Under the pieces are notes generated by a model. That model ran no database searches. It had not been told where the DNA came from and saw nothing but the letters and a program-made list of their open reading frames with translations. The translations under genes were made by a program, and so were the position numbers. From NCBI GenBank assembly GCA_964057225.1, contig OZ059895.1, forward strand, positions 11,160,001 to 11,224,000: a stretch of 64,000 nucleotides of DNA, in the 5' to 3' direction. Origin of the DNA: Auanema rhodensis (Eukaryota > Animalia > Nematoda). Of this stretch, positions 14,601 to 28,300 are shown in pieces. How positions within the stretch are numbered: the first letter of the stretch is position 1; each line of letters opens with the position of its first letter.

Positions 14601-17600
14601 GAAACAGTAAAGTTGAGAGAAAGGTTCATTAACTGCTGGTTTATAACTGTAATATAAAAAAAAGATTGAAGATAATTTGCTGCCTTGGGTCGAGCTATCT
14701 AAGTAAAACTACTTAAAAAGTGAAAACATTTGTTACGGAAGAGATAAAATTGAAAATCAGCTGCATGGCGTACTTTGAACGTGGTATAGTTGTAAGCGAA
14801 AATATCTGGTATTCAATGATTTACATACTTATCCTCGTTATAGTTTTTTTTCCAATTTCCTGTTAGTTATGTAATTTTCCACGTTCTATCTGGTGCCCTC
14901 GATGATATCAAATCTTATGTGCTCCAAATACAATAAATTAAAAAAGGTTTCACAGTTGTATAGTGTTTTAACAATGTTTGTTTCGATAGGAAATAGATAG
15001 AAACAGTAAAGTTGAGATAAAGGTTCATTAATTACTGGTTTATAACTGTAATGAAGAAATAAGATTGAAGATAATTTGCTGCCTTGGGTTGAGCTATCTA
15101 AGTAAAACTACTTAAAAAGTGAAAACATTTGTTACGGAAGAGATAAAACTGAAAATCAGCTGCATGGCGTACTTTGAACGTGGTATAGTTGTAAGCGAAA
15201 ATATCTGATATTCAATGATTTACATACTTATTCTCGTTATAGTATTTTTCCAATTTTATGTTAGTTATGTAATTTTCCACGTTGCATCTGGTTCCCTCGA
15301 TGATATCAAATCTTATGTGCTCCAAATACAATAAATTGAAAAAGGTTTCACAGTTGTATAGTGTTTAAACAATGTTTGTTTTGATAGGAAATAGATAGAA
15401 ACAGTAAAGTTAAAATGGAGGTTCATTAACTACTGGTTTATAACTGTAATATAGGAATAAGATTGAAGATAATTTTCTGCCTTGGGTTGAGCTACCTAAG
15501 TAAATCTACTTGAAAAGTGAAAACATTTGTTACGGAAGAGATAAAATTGAAAATCAGCTGCATGTCGTACTTTGAACGTGGTATAGTTGTAAGCGAAAAT
15601 ATCTGATTTTCAATGATTTAAATACTTATCCTCGTTATAGTATTTTTCCAATTTTATGTTAGTTATGTAATTTTCCACGTTGCATCTGGTTCCCTCGATG
15701 ATATCAAAGCTTATGTGCTCCAAATACAATAAATCAAAAAAGGGTTTCACAGTTGTATAGTGTTTAAACAATGTTTGTTTCGATAGGAAATAGATAGAAA
15801 CAGTAAAGTTGAGAGAAAGGTTCATTAACTACTGGTTTATGACTGTAATATAGAAAAAAGATTGAAGATAATTTGCTGCCTTGGTTTGAGCTATCTAAGT
15901 GAAACGACTTGAAAAGTGAAAACATTTATTACGGAAGAGATAAAATTGAAAATCAGCTGCATGGCGTACTTTGAACGTGGTATAGTTGTAAGCGAAAATA
16001 TCTGGTATTCAATGATTTACATACTTATCCTCGTTATAGTATTTTTCCAATTTTATGTTAGTTATGTAATTTTCCACGTTGCATCTGGTTCCCTCGATGA
16101 TATCAAATCTTATGTGCTCCAAATACAATAAATTAAAAAAGGTTTCACAGTTGTATAGTGTTTTAACAATGTTTGTTTCGATAGGAAATAGATAGAAACA
16201 GTAAAGTTGAGATAAAGGTTCATTAATTACTGGTTTATAACTGTAACGAAAAAATAAGATTAAAGATAATTTGCTGCCTTGGGTCGAGCTATCTAAGTAA
16301 AACTACTTAAAAAGTGAAAACATTTGTTACGGAAGAGATAAAATTGAAAATCAGCTGCATGGCGTACTTTGAACGTGGTATAGTTGTAAGCGAAAATATC
16401 TGATATTCAATGATTTACATACTTATCCTCGTTATAGTATTTTTCCAATTTTATGTTAGTTATGTAATTTTCCACGTTGCATCTGGTTCCCTCGATGATA
16501 TCAAATCTTATGTGCTCCAAATACAATAAATTGAAAAAGGTTTCACAGTTGTATAGTGTTTAAACAATGTTGGTTTTGATAGGAAACAGATAGAAACAGT
16601 AAAGTTAAGATGAAGGTTCATTAACTACTGGTTTATGACTGTAATATAGGAATAAGATTGAAGATAATTTGCTGCCTCCGGTTGAGCTATCTAAGTAAAT
16701 TTACTTGAAAAGTGAAAACATTTGTTACGGAAGAGATAAAATTGAAAATCAGCTGCATGTCGTACTTTCAACGTGGTATAGTTGAAAGCGAAAATATCTG
16801 ATTTTCAATGATTTACATACTTATCCTCGTTATAGTATTTTTCCAATTTCATGTTAGTTATGTAACTTTCCACGTTTCATCTGGTTCCCTCGATGATAGC
16901 AATTCTTATAAGCTCCAAATACAATGAATTAAAAAAGGTTTCACAGTTGTATAGTGTTTAAACAATGTTTGTTTCGATAGGGAATAGATACAAACAGTTA
17001 AGTTAAAATGAAGGTTCATTAACAACTGGTTTATAACTGTAATATAGAAATAAGATTAAAAATAATTTGCTGCCTCCGGTTGAGCTATCTAAGTAAATCT
17101 ACTTGAAAAGTGAAAACATTTGTTACGAAAGAGATAAAATTGAAAATCAGCTGCATGGCGTACTTTCAACGTGGTATACTTGTGAGCGAAAATATCTGAT
17201 ATTCAATGATTTACATACTTATCCTCGTTATAGTTTTTTTCCAATTTCATGTTAGTTATGTAATTTTCCACGTTCCATCTGGATCCCTCGATGATATCAA
17301 ATTTTATGTGCTCCAAATGCAAAAAATTAAAAAAGGTTTTACAGTTGTTCAGTGTTCAAACAATGTTTGTTTTGATAAGAAATAGATAGAAACAGTAAAG
17401 TTGAGAGAAAGGTTCATTAACTGCTGGTTTATAACTGTAATATAAAAAAAAGATTGAAGATAATTTGCTGCCTTGGGTCGAGCTATCTAAGTAAAACTAC
17501 TTAAAAAGTGAAAACATTTGTTACGGAAGAGATAAAATTGAAAATCAGCTGCATGGCGTACTTTGAACGTGGTATAGTTGTAAGCGAAAATATCTGGTAT

Positions 17601-19310
17601 TCAATGATTTACATACTTATCCTCGTTATAGTTTTTTTTCCAATTTCCTGTTAGTTATGTAATTTTCCACGTTCTATCTGGTGCCCTCGATGATATCAAA
17701 TCTTATGTGCTCCAAATACAATAAATTAAAAAAGGTTTCACAGTTGTATAGTGTTTTAACAATGTTTGTTTCGATAGGAAATAGATAGAAACAGTAAAGT
17801 TGAGATAAAGGTTCATTAATTACTGGTTTATAACTGTAATGAAGAAATAAGATTGAAGATAATTTGCTGCCTTGGGTTGAGCTATCTAAGTAAAACTACT
17901 TAAAAAGTGAAAACATTTGTTACGGAAGAGATAAAACTGAAAATCAGCTGCATGGCGTACTTTGAACGTGGTATAGTTGTAAGCGAAAATATCTGATATT
18001 CAATGATTTACATACTTATCCTCGTTATAGTATTTTTCCAATTTTATGTTAGTTATGTAATTTTCCACGTTGCATCTGGTTCCCTCGATGATATCAAATC
18101 TTATGTGCTCCAAATACAATAAATTGAAAAAGGTTTCACAGTTGTATAGTGTTTAAACAATGTTTGTTTTGATAGGAAATAGATAGAAACAGTAAAGTTA
18201 AAATGGAGGTTCATTAACTACTGGTTTATAACTGTAATATAGGAATAAGATTGAAGATAATTTTCTGCCTTGGGTTGAGCTACCTAAGTAAATCTACTTG
18301 AAAAGTGAAAACATTTGTTACGGAAGAGATAAAATTGAAAATCAGCTGCATGTCGTACTTTCAACGTGGTATAGTTGAAAGCGAAAATATCTGATTTTCA
18401 ATGATTTAAATACTTATCCTCGTTATAGTATTTTTCCAATTTCATGTTAGTTATGTAACTTTCCACGTTTCATCTGGTTCCCTCGATGATATCAAAGCTT
18501 ATGTGCTCCAAATACAATAAATCAAAAAAGGGTTTCACAGTTGTATAGTGTTTAAACAATGTTTGTTTCGATAGGAAATAGATAGAAACAGTAAAGTTGA
18601 GAGAAAGGTTCATTAACTACTGGTTTATGACTGTAATATAGAAAAAAGATTGAAGATAATTTGCTGCCTTGGTTTGAGCTATCTAAGTGAAACGACTTGA
18701 AAAGTGAAAACATTTATTACGGAAGAGATAAAATTGAAAATCAGCTGCATGGCGTACTTTGAACGTGGTATAGTTGTAAGCGAAAATATCTGGTATTCAA
18801 TGATTTACATACTTATCCTCGTTAAAGTATTTTTCCAATTTTATGTTAGTTATGTAATTTTCCACGTTCTATCTGGTGCCCTCGATGATATCAAATCTTA
18901 TGTGCTCCAAATACAATAAATTGAAAAAGGTTTCACAGTTGTATAGTGTTTTAACAATGTTTGTTTCGATAGGAAATAGATAGAAACAGTAAAGTTGAGA
19001 GAAAGGTTCATTAACTGCTGGTTTATAACTGTAATATAAAAAAAAGATTGAAGATAATTTGCTGCCTTGGGTTGAGCTATTTAAGGAAAACTACTTGAAA
19101 ATTGAAAACATTTGTTACGGAAGAGATAAAATTGAAAATCAGCTGCATGGCGTACTTTGAACGTGGTATAGTTGTAAGCGAAAATATCTGGTATTCAATG
19201 ATTTACATACTTATCCTCGTTATAGTTTTTTTTCCAATTTCCTGTTAGTTATGTAATTTTCCACGTTCTATCTGGTGCCCTCGATGATATCAAATCTTAT
19301 GTGCTCCAGA
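8700..19310 (+). repeat. Higher-order repeat region: 7-monomer unit (~2788 bp) nested in a 14-monomer duplication (5577 bp)
   Basis: A marker monomer (GTTTGAGC...GAAACGACTT...CATTTATTACG) gives ORF starts at 10339, 13127, 15916 and 18704 (spacing 2788/2789/2788). Rare variants recur at a 5577 offset: TTATTCTCG at 9651/15228, ORFs at 10033/15610 and 13127/18704. Confidence 0.92.
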
Positions 19311-22300
19311 TACAATAAATTAAAAAAGGTTTCACAGTTGTATAGTGTTTTAACAATGTTTGTTTCGATAGGAAATAGATAGAAACAGTAAAGTTGAGAT
19401 AAAGGTTCATTAATTACTGGTTTATAACTGTAATGAAGAAATAAGATTGAAGATAATTCGCTGCCTTGGGTTGAGCTATCTAAGTAAAACTACTTAAAAA
19501 GTGAAAACATTTGTTACGGAAGAGATAAAATTGAAAATCAGCTGCATGGCGTACTTTGAACGTGGTATAGTTGTAAGCGAAAATATCTGATATTCAATGA
19601 TTTACATACTTATCCTCGTTAAAGTATTTTTCCAATTTTATGTTAGTTATGTAATTTTCCACGTTGCATCTGGTTCCCTCGATGATATCAAATCTTATGT
19701 GCTCCAAATACAATAAATTGAAAAAGATTTCACAGTTGTATAGTGTTTAAACAATGTTTGTTTTGATAGGAAATAGATAGAAACAGTAAAGTTGAGATAA
19801 AGGTTCATTAATTACTGGTTTATAACTGTAATGAAAAAATAAGATTAAAGATAATTTGCTGCCTTGGGTTGAGCTATCTAAGTGAAACTACTTAAAAAGT
19901 GAAAACATTTGTTACGGAAGAGATAAAATTGAAAATCAGCTGCATGGCGTACTTTGAACGTGGTATAATTGTAAGCAAAAATATCTGATTTTCAATGATT
20001 TACATACTTATCCTCGTTATAGTATTTTTTCCAATTTTATGTTAGTTATGTAATTTTCCACGTTGCATCTGGTTCCCTCGATGATATCAAATCTTATGTG
20101 CTCCAAATACAATAAATTGAAAAAAATTTCACAGTTGTATAGTGTTTAAACAATGTTTGTTTTGATAGGAAATAGATAGAAACAGTAAAGTTAAAATGAA
20201 GGTTCATTAACTACTGGTTTATAACTGTAATATAGGAATAAGATTGAAGATAATTTTCTGCCTTGGGTTGAGCTACCTAAGTAAATCTACTTGAAAATTG
20301 AAAACATTTGTTACGGAAGAGATAAAATTGAAAATCAGCTGCATGTCGTACTTTCAACGTGGTATAGTTGAAAGCGAAAATATCTGATTTTCAATGATTT
20401 AAATACTTATCCTCGTTATAGTATTTTTCCAATTTCATGTTAGTTATGTAATTTTCCACGTTGCATCTGGTTCCCTCGATGATATCAAATCTTATGTGCT
20501 CCAAATACAATAAATTGAAAAAGGTTTCACAGTTGTATAGTGTTTAAACAATGTTTGTTTCGATAGGGAATAGATACAAACAGTAAAGTTAAAATGAAGG
20601 TTCATTAACTACTGGTTTATAACTGTAATATAGAAATAAGATTGAAGATAATTTGCTGCCTTGGGTTGAGCTATTTAAGGAAAACTACTTGAAAATTGAA
20701 AACATTTGTTACGGAAGAGATAAAATTGAAAATCAGCTGCATGGCGTACTTTGAACGTGGTATAATTGTAAGCGAAAATATCTGATTTTCAATGATTTAA
20801 ATACTTATCCTCGTTATAGTATTTTTCCAATTTCATGTTAGTTATGTAGTTTTCCACGTTGCATCTGGTTCCCTCGATGATATCAAATCTTATGTGCTCC
20901 AAATACAATAAATTGAAAAAGGTTTCACAGTTGTATAGTGTTTAAACAATGTTTGTTTCGATAGGGAATAGATACAAACAGTAAAGTTAAAATGAAGGTT
21001 CATTAACTACTGGTTTATAACTGTAATATAGAAATAAGATTGAAGATAATTTGCTGCCTTGGGTTGAGCTATTTAAGGAAAACTACTTGAAAATTGAAAA
21101 CATTTGTTACGGAAGAGATAAAATTGAAAATCAGCTGCATGGCGTACTTTGAACGTGGTATAATTGTAAGCGAAAATATCTGATTTTCAATGATTTACAT
21201 ACTTATCCTCGTTATAGTATTTTTCCAATTTCATGTTAGTTATGTAATTTTCCACGTTGCATCTGGTTCCCTCGATGATATCAAATCTTATGTGCTCCAA
21301 ATACAATAAATTGAAAAAGGTTTCACAGTTGTATAGTGTTTAAACAATGTTTGTTTCGATAGGAAATAGATAGAAACAGTAAAGTTGAGAGAAAGGTTCA
21401 TTAACTGCTGGTTTATAACTGTAATATAAAAAAAAGATTGAAGATAATTTGCTGCCTTGGGTTGAGCTATTTAAGGAAAACTACTTGAAAATTGAAAACA
21501 TTTGTTACGGAAGAGATAAAATTGAAAATCAGCTGCATGGCGTACTTTGAACGTGGTATAATTGTAAGCGAAAACATCTGATTTTCAATGATTTACATAC
21601 TTATCCTCGTTAAAGTATTTTTCCAATTTTATGTTAGTTATGTAATTTTCCACGTTGCATCTGGTTCCCTCGATGATATCAAATCTTATGTGCTCCAAAT
21701 ACAATAAATTGAAAAAGGTTTCACAGTTGTATAGTGTTTAAACAATGTTTGTTTCGATAGGGAATAGATACAAACAGTAAAGTTAAAATGAAGGTTCATT
21801 AACTACTGGTTTATAACTGTAATATAGAAATAAGATTGAAGATAATTTGCTGCCTTGGGTTGAGCTATTTAAGGAAAACTACTTGAAAATTGAAAACATT
21901 TGTTACGGAAGAGATAAAATTGAAAATCAGCTGCATGGCGTACTTTGAACGTGGTATAATTGTAAGCGAAAATATCTGATATTCAATGATTTACATACTT
22001 ATCCTCGTTATAGTATTTTTCCAATTTTATGTTAGTTATGTAATTTTCCACGTTGCATCTGGTTCCCTCGATGATATCAAATCTTATGTGCTCCAAATAC
22101 AATAAATTGAAAAAGGTTTCACAGTTGTATAGTGTTTAAACAATGTTTGTTTCAATAGGGAATAGATACAAACAGTAAAGTTAAAATGAGGGTTCATTAA
22201 CTACTGGTTTATAACTGTAATATAGAAATAAGATTGAAGATAATTTTCTGCCTTGGGTTGAGCTATCTAAGAAAATCTACTTGAAAAGTGAAAACATTTG

Positions 22301-25300
22301 TTACGGAAGAGATAAATTTGAAAATCAGCTGCATGGCGTACTTTTAACGTGGTATAGTTGTAAGCGAAAATATCTGGTATTCAATGATTTACATACTTAT
22401 CCTCGTTATAGTTTTTTTCCAATTTCATGTTAGTTATGTAATTTTCCACGTTCCATCTAGATCCCTCGATGATATCAAATTTTATGTGCTCCAAATGCAA
22501 AAAATTAAAAAAGGTTTTACAGTTGTTCAGTGTTTAAACAATGTTTGTTTTGATAAGAAATAGATAGAAACAGTAAAGTTGAGAGAAAAGTTCATTTACT
22601 GCTGGTTTATAACTGTAAAAAAAAAAAGGATTGAAGATACTTTGCTGCCTTGGGTTGAGCTATTTAAGGAAAACTACTTGAAAATTGAAAACATTTGTTA
22701 CGGAAGAGATAAAATTGAAAATCAGCTGCATGGCGTACTTTGAACGTGGTATAATTGTAAGCGAAAATATCTGATTTTCAATGATTTACATACTTATCCT
22801 CGTTATAGTATTTTTCCAATTTCATGTTAGTTATGTAATTTTCCACGTTGCATCTGGTTCCCTCGATGATATCAAATCTTATGTGCTCCAAATACAATAA
22901 ATTGAAAAAGGTTTCACAGTTGTATAGTGTTTAAACAATGTTTGTTTCGATAGGAAATAGATAGAAACAGTAAAGTTGAGAGAAAGGTTCATTAACTGCT
23001 GGTTTATAACTGTAATATAAAAAAAAGATTGAAGATAATTTGCTGCCTTGGGTTGAGCTATTTAAGAAAAACTACTTGAAAATTGAAAACATTTGTTACG
23101 GAAGAGATAAAATTGAAAATCAGCTGCATGGCGTACTTTGAACGTGGTATAATTGTAAGCGAAAATATCTGATTTTCAATGATTTACATACTTATCCTCG
23201 TTAAAGTATTTTTCCAATTTTATGTTAGTTATGTAATTTTCCACGTTGCATCTGGTTCCCTCGATGATATCAAATCTTATGTGCTCCAAATACAGAAAAT
23301 TGAAAAAGGTTTCACAGTTGTATAGTGTTTAAACAATGTTTGTTTCGATAGGGAATAGATACAAACAGTAAAGTTAAAATGAAGGTTCATTAACTACTGG
23401 TTTATAACTGTAATATAGAAATAAGATTGAAGATAATTTGCTGCCTTGGGTTGAGCTATTTAAGGAAAACTACTTGAAAATTGAAAACATTTGTTACGGA
23501 AGAGATAAAATTGAAAATCAGCTGCATGGCGTACTTTGAACGTGGTATAATTGTAAGCGAAAATATCTGATTTTCAATGATTTACATACTTATCCTCGTT
23601 AAAGTATTTTTCCAATTTTATGTTAGTTATGTAATTTTCCACGTTGCATCTGGTTCCCTCGATGATATCAAATCTTATGTGCTCCAAATACAGAAAATTG
23701 AAAAAGGTTTCACAGTTGTATAGTGTTTAAACAATGTTTGTTTCGATAGGGAATAGATACAAACAGTAAAGTTAAAATGAAGGTTCATTAACTACTGGTT
23801 TATAACTGTAATATAGAAATAAGATTGAAGATAATTTGCTGCCTTGGGTTGAGCTATTTAAGGAAAACTATTTGAAAATTGAAAACATTTGTTACGGAAG
23901 AGATAAAATTGAAAATCAGCTGCATGGCGTACTTTGAACGTGGTATAATTGTAAGCGAAAATATCTGATATTCAATGATTTACATACTTATCCTCGTTAT
24001 AGTATTTTTCCAATTTTATGTTAGTTATGTAATTTTCCACGTTGCATCTGGTTCCCTCGATGATATCAAATCTTATGTGCTCCAAATACAATAAATTGAA
24101 AAAGGTTTCACAGTTGTATAGTGTTTAAACAATGTTTGTTTCAATAGGGAATAGATACAAACAGTAAAGTTAAAATGAAGGTTCATTAACTACTGGTTTA
24201 TAACTGTAATATAGAAATAAGATTGAAGATAATTTTCTGCCTTGGGTTGAGCTATCTAAGAAAATCTACTTGAAAAGTGAAAACATTTGTTACGGAAGAG
24301 ATAAATTTGAAAATCAGCTGCATGGCGTACTTTTAACGTGGTATAGTTGTAAGCGAAAATATCTGGTATTCAATGATTTACATACTTATCCTCGTTATAG
24401 TTTTTTTCCAATTTCATGTTAGTTATGTAATTTTCCACGTTCCATCTGGATCCCTCGATGATATCAAATCTTATGTGCTCCAAATACAATAAATTAAAAA
24501 AGGTTTCACAGTTGTATAGTGTTTTAACAATGTTTGTTTCGATAGGAAATAGATAGAAACAGTAAAGTTGAGATAAAGGTTCATTAACTACTGGTTTATA
24601 ACTGTAATGAAAAAATAAGATTAAAGATAATTTGCTGCCTTGGGTTGAGCTATCTAAGTAAAACTACTTAATAAGTGAAAACATTTGTTACGGAAGAGAT
24701 AAAATTGAAAATCAGCTGCATGGCGTACTTTGAACGTGGTATAGTTGTAAGCGAAAATATCTGATATTCAATGATTTACATACTTATCCTCGTTAAAGTA
24801 TTTTTCCAATTTTATGTTAGTTATGTAATTTTCCACGTTGCATCTGGTTCCCTCGATGATATCAAATCTTATGTGCTCCAAATACAATAAATTGAAAAAG
24901 GTTTCACAGTTGTATAGTGTTTAAACAATGTTTGTTTTGATAGGAAATAGATAGAAACAGTAAAGTTGAGATAAAGGTTCATTAATTACTGGTTTATAAC
25001 TGTAATGAAAAAATAAGATTAAAGATAATTTGCTGCCTTGGGTTGAGCTATCTAAGTGAAACTACTTAAAAAGTGAAAACATTTGTTACGGAAGAGATAA
25101 AATTGAAAATCAGCTGCATGGCGTACTTTTAACGTGGTATAGTTGTAAGCGAAAATATCTGGTATTCAATGATTTACATACTTATCCTCGTTATAGTTTT
25201 TTTTCCAATTTCCTGTTAGTTATGTAATTTTCGACGTTCCATCTGGATCCCTCGATGATATCAAATCTTATGTGCTCCAAATACAATGAATTGAAAAAGG

Positions 25301-28300
25301 TTTCACAGTTGTATAGTGTTTTAACAATGTTTGTTTCGATAGGAAATAGATAGAAACAGTAAAGTTGAGATAAAGGTTCATTAATTACTGGTTTATAACT
25401 GTAATGAAGAAAAAAGATTGAAGATAATTTGCTGCCTTGGGTTGAGCTATCTAAGTAAAACTACTTAAAAAGTGAAAACATTTGTTACGGAAGAGATAAA
25501 ATTGAAAATCAGCTGCATGGCGTACTTTGAACGTGGTATAGTTGTAAGCGAAAATATCTGATATTCAATGATTTACATACTTATCCTCGTTAAAGTATTT
25601 TTCCAATTTTATGTTAGTTATGTAATTTTCCACGTTGCATCTGGTTCCCTCGATGATATCAAATCTTATGTGCTCCAAATACAATAAATTGAAAAAGGTT
25701 TCACAGTTGTATAGTGTTTAAACAATGTTTGTTTTGATAGGAAATAGATAGAAACAGTAAAGTTGAGATAAAGGTTCATTAATTACTGGTTTATAACTGT
25801 AATGAAAAAATAAGATTAAAGATAATTTGCTGCCTTGGGTTGAGCTATCTAAGTGAAACTACTTAAAAAGTGAAAACATTTGTTACGGAAGAGATAAAAT
25901 TGAAAATCAGCTGCATGGCGTACTTTGAACGTGGTATAATTGTAAGCGAAAATATCTGATATTCAATGATTTACATACTTATCCTCGTTATAGTATTTTT
26001 CCAATTTTATGTTAGTTATGTAATTTTCCACGTTGCATCTGGTTCCCTCGATGATATCAAATCTTATGTGCTCCAAATACAATAAATTGAAAAAGGTTTC
26101 ACAGTTGTATAGTGTTTAAACAATGTTTGTTTCAATAGGGAATAGATACAAACAGTAAAGTTAAAATGAAGGTTCATTAACTACTGGTTTATAACTGTAA
26201 TATAGAAATAAGATTGAAGATAATTTTCTGCCTTGGGTTGAGCTATCTAAGAAAATCTACTTGAAAAGTGAAAACATTTGTTACGGAAGAGATAAATTTG
26301 AAAATCAGCTGCATGGCGTACTTTTAACGTGGTATAGTTGTAAGCGAAAATATCTGGTATTCAATGATTTACATACTTATCCTCGTTATAGTTTTTTTCC
26401 AATTTCATGTTAGTTATGTAATTTTCCACGTTCCATCTGGATCCCTCGATGATATCAAATTTTATGTGCTCCAAATGCAAAAAATTAAAAAAGGTTTTAC
26501 AGTTGTTCAGTGTTTAAACAATGTTTGTTTTGATAAGAAATAGATAGAAACAGTAAAGTTGAGAGAAAAGTTCATTTACTGCTGGTTTATAACTGTAAAA
26601 AAAAAAAAGGATTGAAGATACTTTGCTGCCTTGGGTTGAGCTATTTAAGGAAAACTACTTGAAAATTGAAAACATTTGTTACGGAAGAGATAAATTTGAA
26701 AATCAGCTGCATGGCGTACTTTGAACGTGGTATAATTGTAAGCGAAAATATCTGATTTTCAATGATTTAAATACTTATCCTCGTTATAGTATTTTTCCAA
26801 TTTCATGTTAGTTATGTAGTTTTTCACGTTGCATCTGGTTCCCTCGATGATATCAAATCTTATGTGCTCCAAATACAATAAATTGAAAAAGGTTTCACAG
26901 TTGTATAGTGTTTAAACAATGTTTGTTTCGATAGGGAATAGATACAAACAGTAAAGTTAAAATGAAGGTTCATTAACTACTGGTTTATAACTGTAATATA
27001 GAAATAAGATTGAAGATAATTTTCTGCCTTGGGTTGAGCTATCTAAGAAAATCTACTTGAAAAGTGAAAACATTTGTTACGGAAGAGATAAATTTGAAAA
27101 TCAGCTGCATGGCGTACTTTTAACGTGGTATAGTTGTAAGCGAAAATATCTGGTATTCAATGATTTACATACTTATCCTCGTTATAGTTTTTTTCCAATT
27201 TCATGTTAGTTATGTAATTTTCCACGTTCCATCTGGATCCCTCGATGATATCAAATTTTATGTGCTCCAAATGCAAAAAATTAAAAAAGGTTTTACAGTT
27301 GTTCAGTGTTTAAACAATGTTTGTTTTGATAAGAAATAGATAGAAACAGTAAAGTTGAGAGAAAAGTTCATTTACTGCTGGTTTATAACTGTAAAAAAAA
27401 AAAAGATTGAAGATACTTTGCTGCCTTGGGTTGAGCTATTTAAGGAAAACTACTTGAAAATTGAAAACATTTGTTACGGAAGAGATAAAATTGAAAATCA
27501 GCTGCATGGCGTACTTTTAACGTGGTATAGTTGTAAGCGAAAATATCTGGTATTCAATGATTTACATACTTATCCTCGTTATAGTTTTTTTTCCAATTTC
27601 CTGTTAGTTATGTAATTTTCGACGTTCCATCTGGATCCCTCGATGATAACAATTCTTATAAGCTTCAAATACAATAAATTAAAAAAGGTTTCACAGTTGT
27701 ATAGTGTTTAAACAATGTTTGTTTCGATAGGGAATAGATACAAACAGTAAAGTTAAAATGAAGGTTCATTAACTACTGGTTTATAACTGTAATATAGAAA
27801 TAAGATTGAAGATAATTTTCTGCCTTGGGTTGAGCTATCTAAGAAAATCTACTTGAAAAGTGAAAACATTTGTTACGGAAGAGATAAATTTGAAAATCAG
27901 CTGCATGGCGTACTTTTAACGTGGTATAGTTGTAAGCGAAAATATCTGGTATTCAATGATTTACATACTTATCCTCGTTATAGTTTTTTTCCAATTTCAT
28001 GTTAGTTATGTAATTTTCCACGTTCCATCTGGATCCCTCGATGATATCAAATTTTATGTGCTCCAAATGCAAAAAATTAAAAAAGGTTTTACAGTTGTTC
28101 AGTGTTTAAACAATGTTTGTTTTGATAAGAAATAGATAGAAACAGTAAAGTTGAGAGAAAAGTTCATTTACTGCTGGTTTATAACTGTAAAAAAAAAAAA
28201 GGATTGAAGATACTTTGCTGCCTTGGGTTGAGCTATTTAAGGAAAACTACTTGAAAATTGAAAACATTTGTTACGGAAGAGATAAAATTGAAAATCAGCT

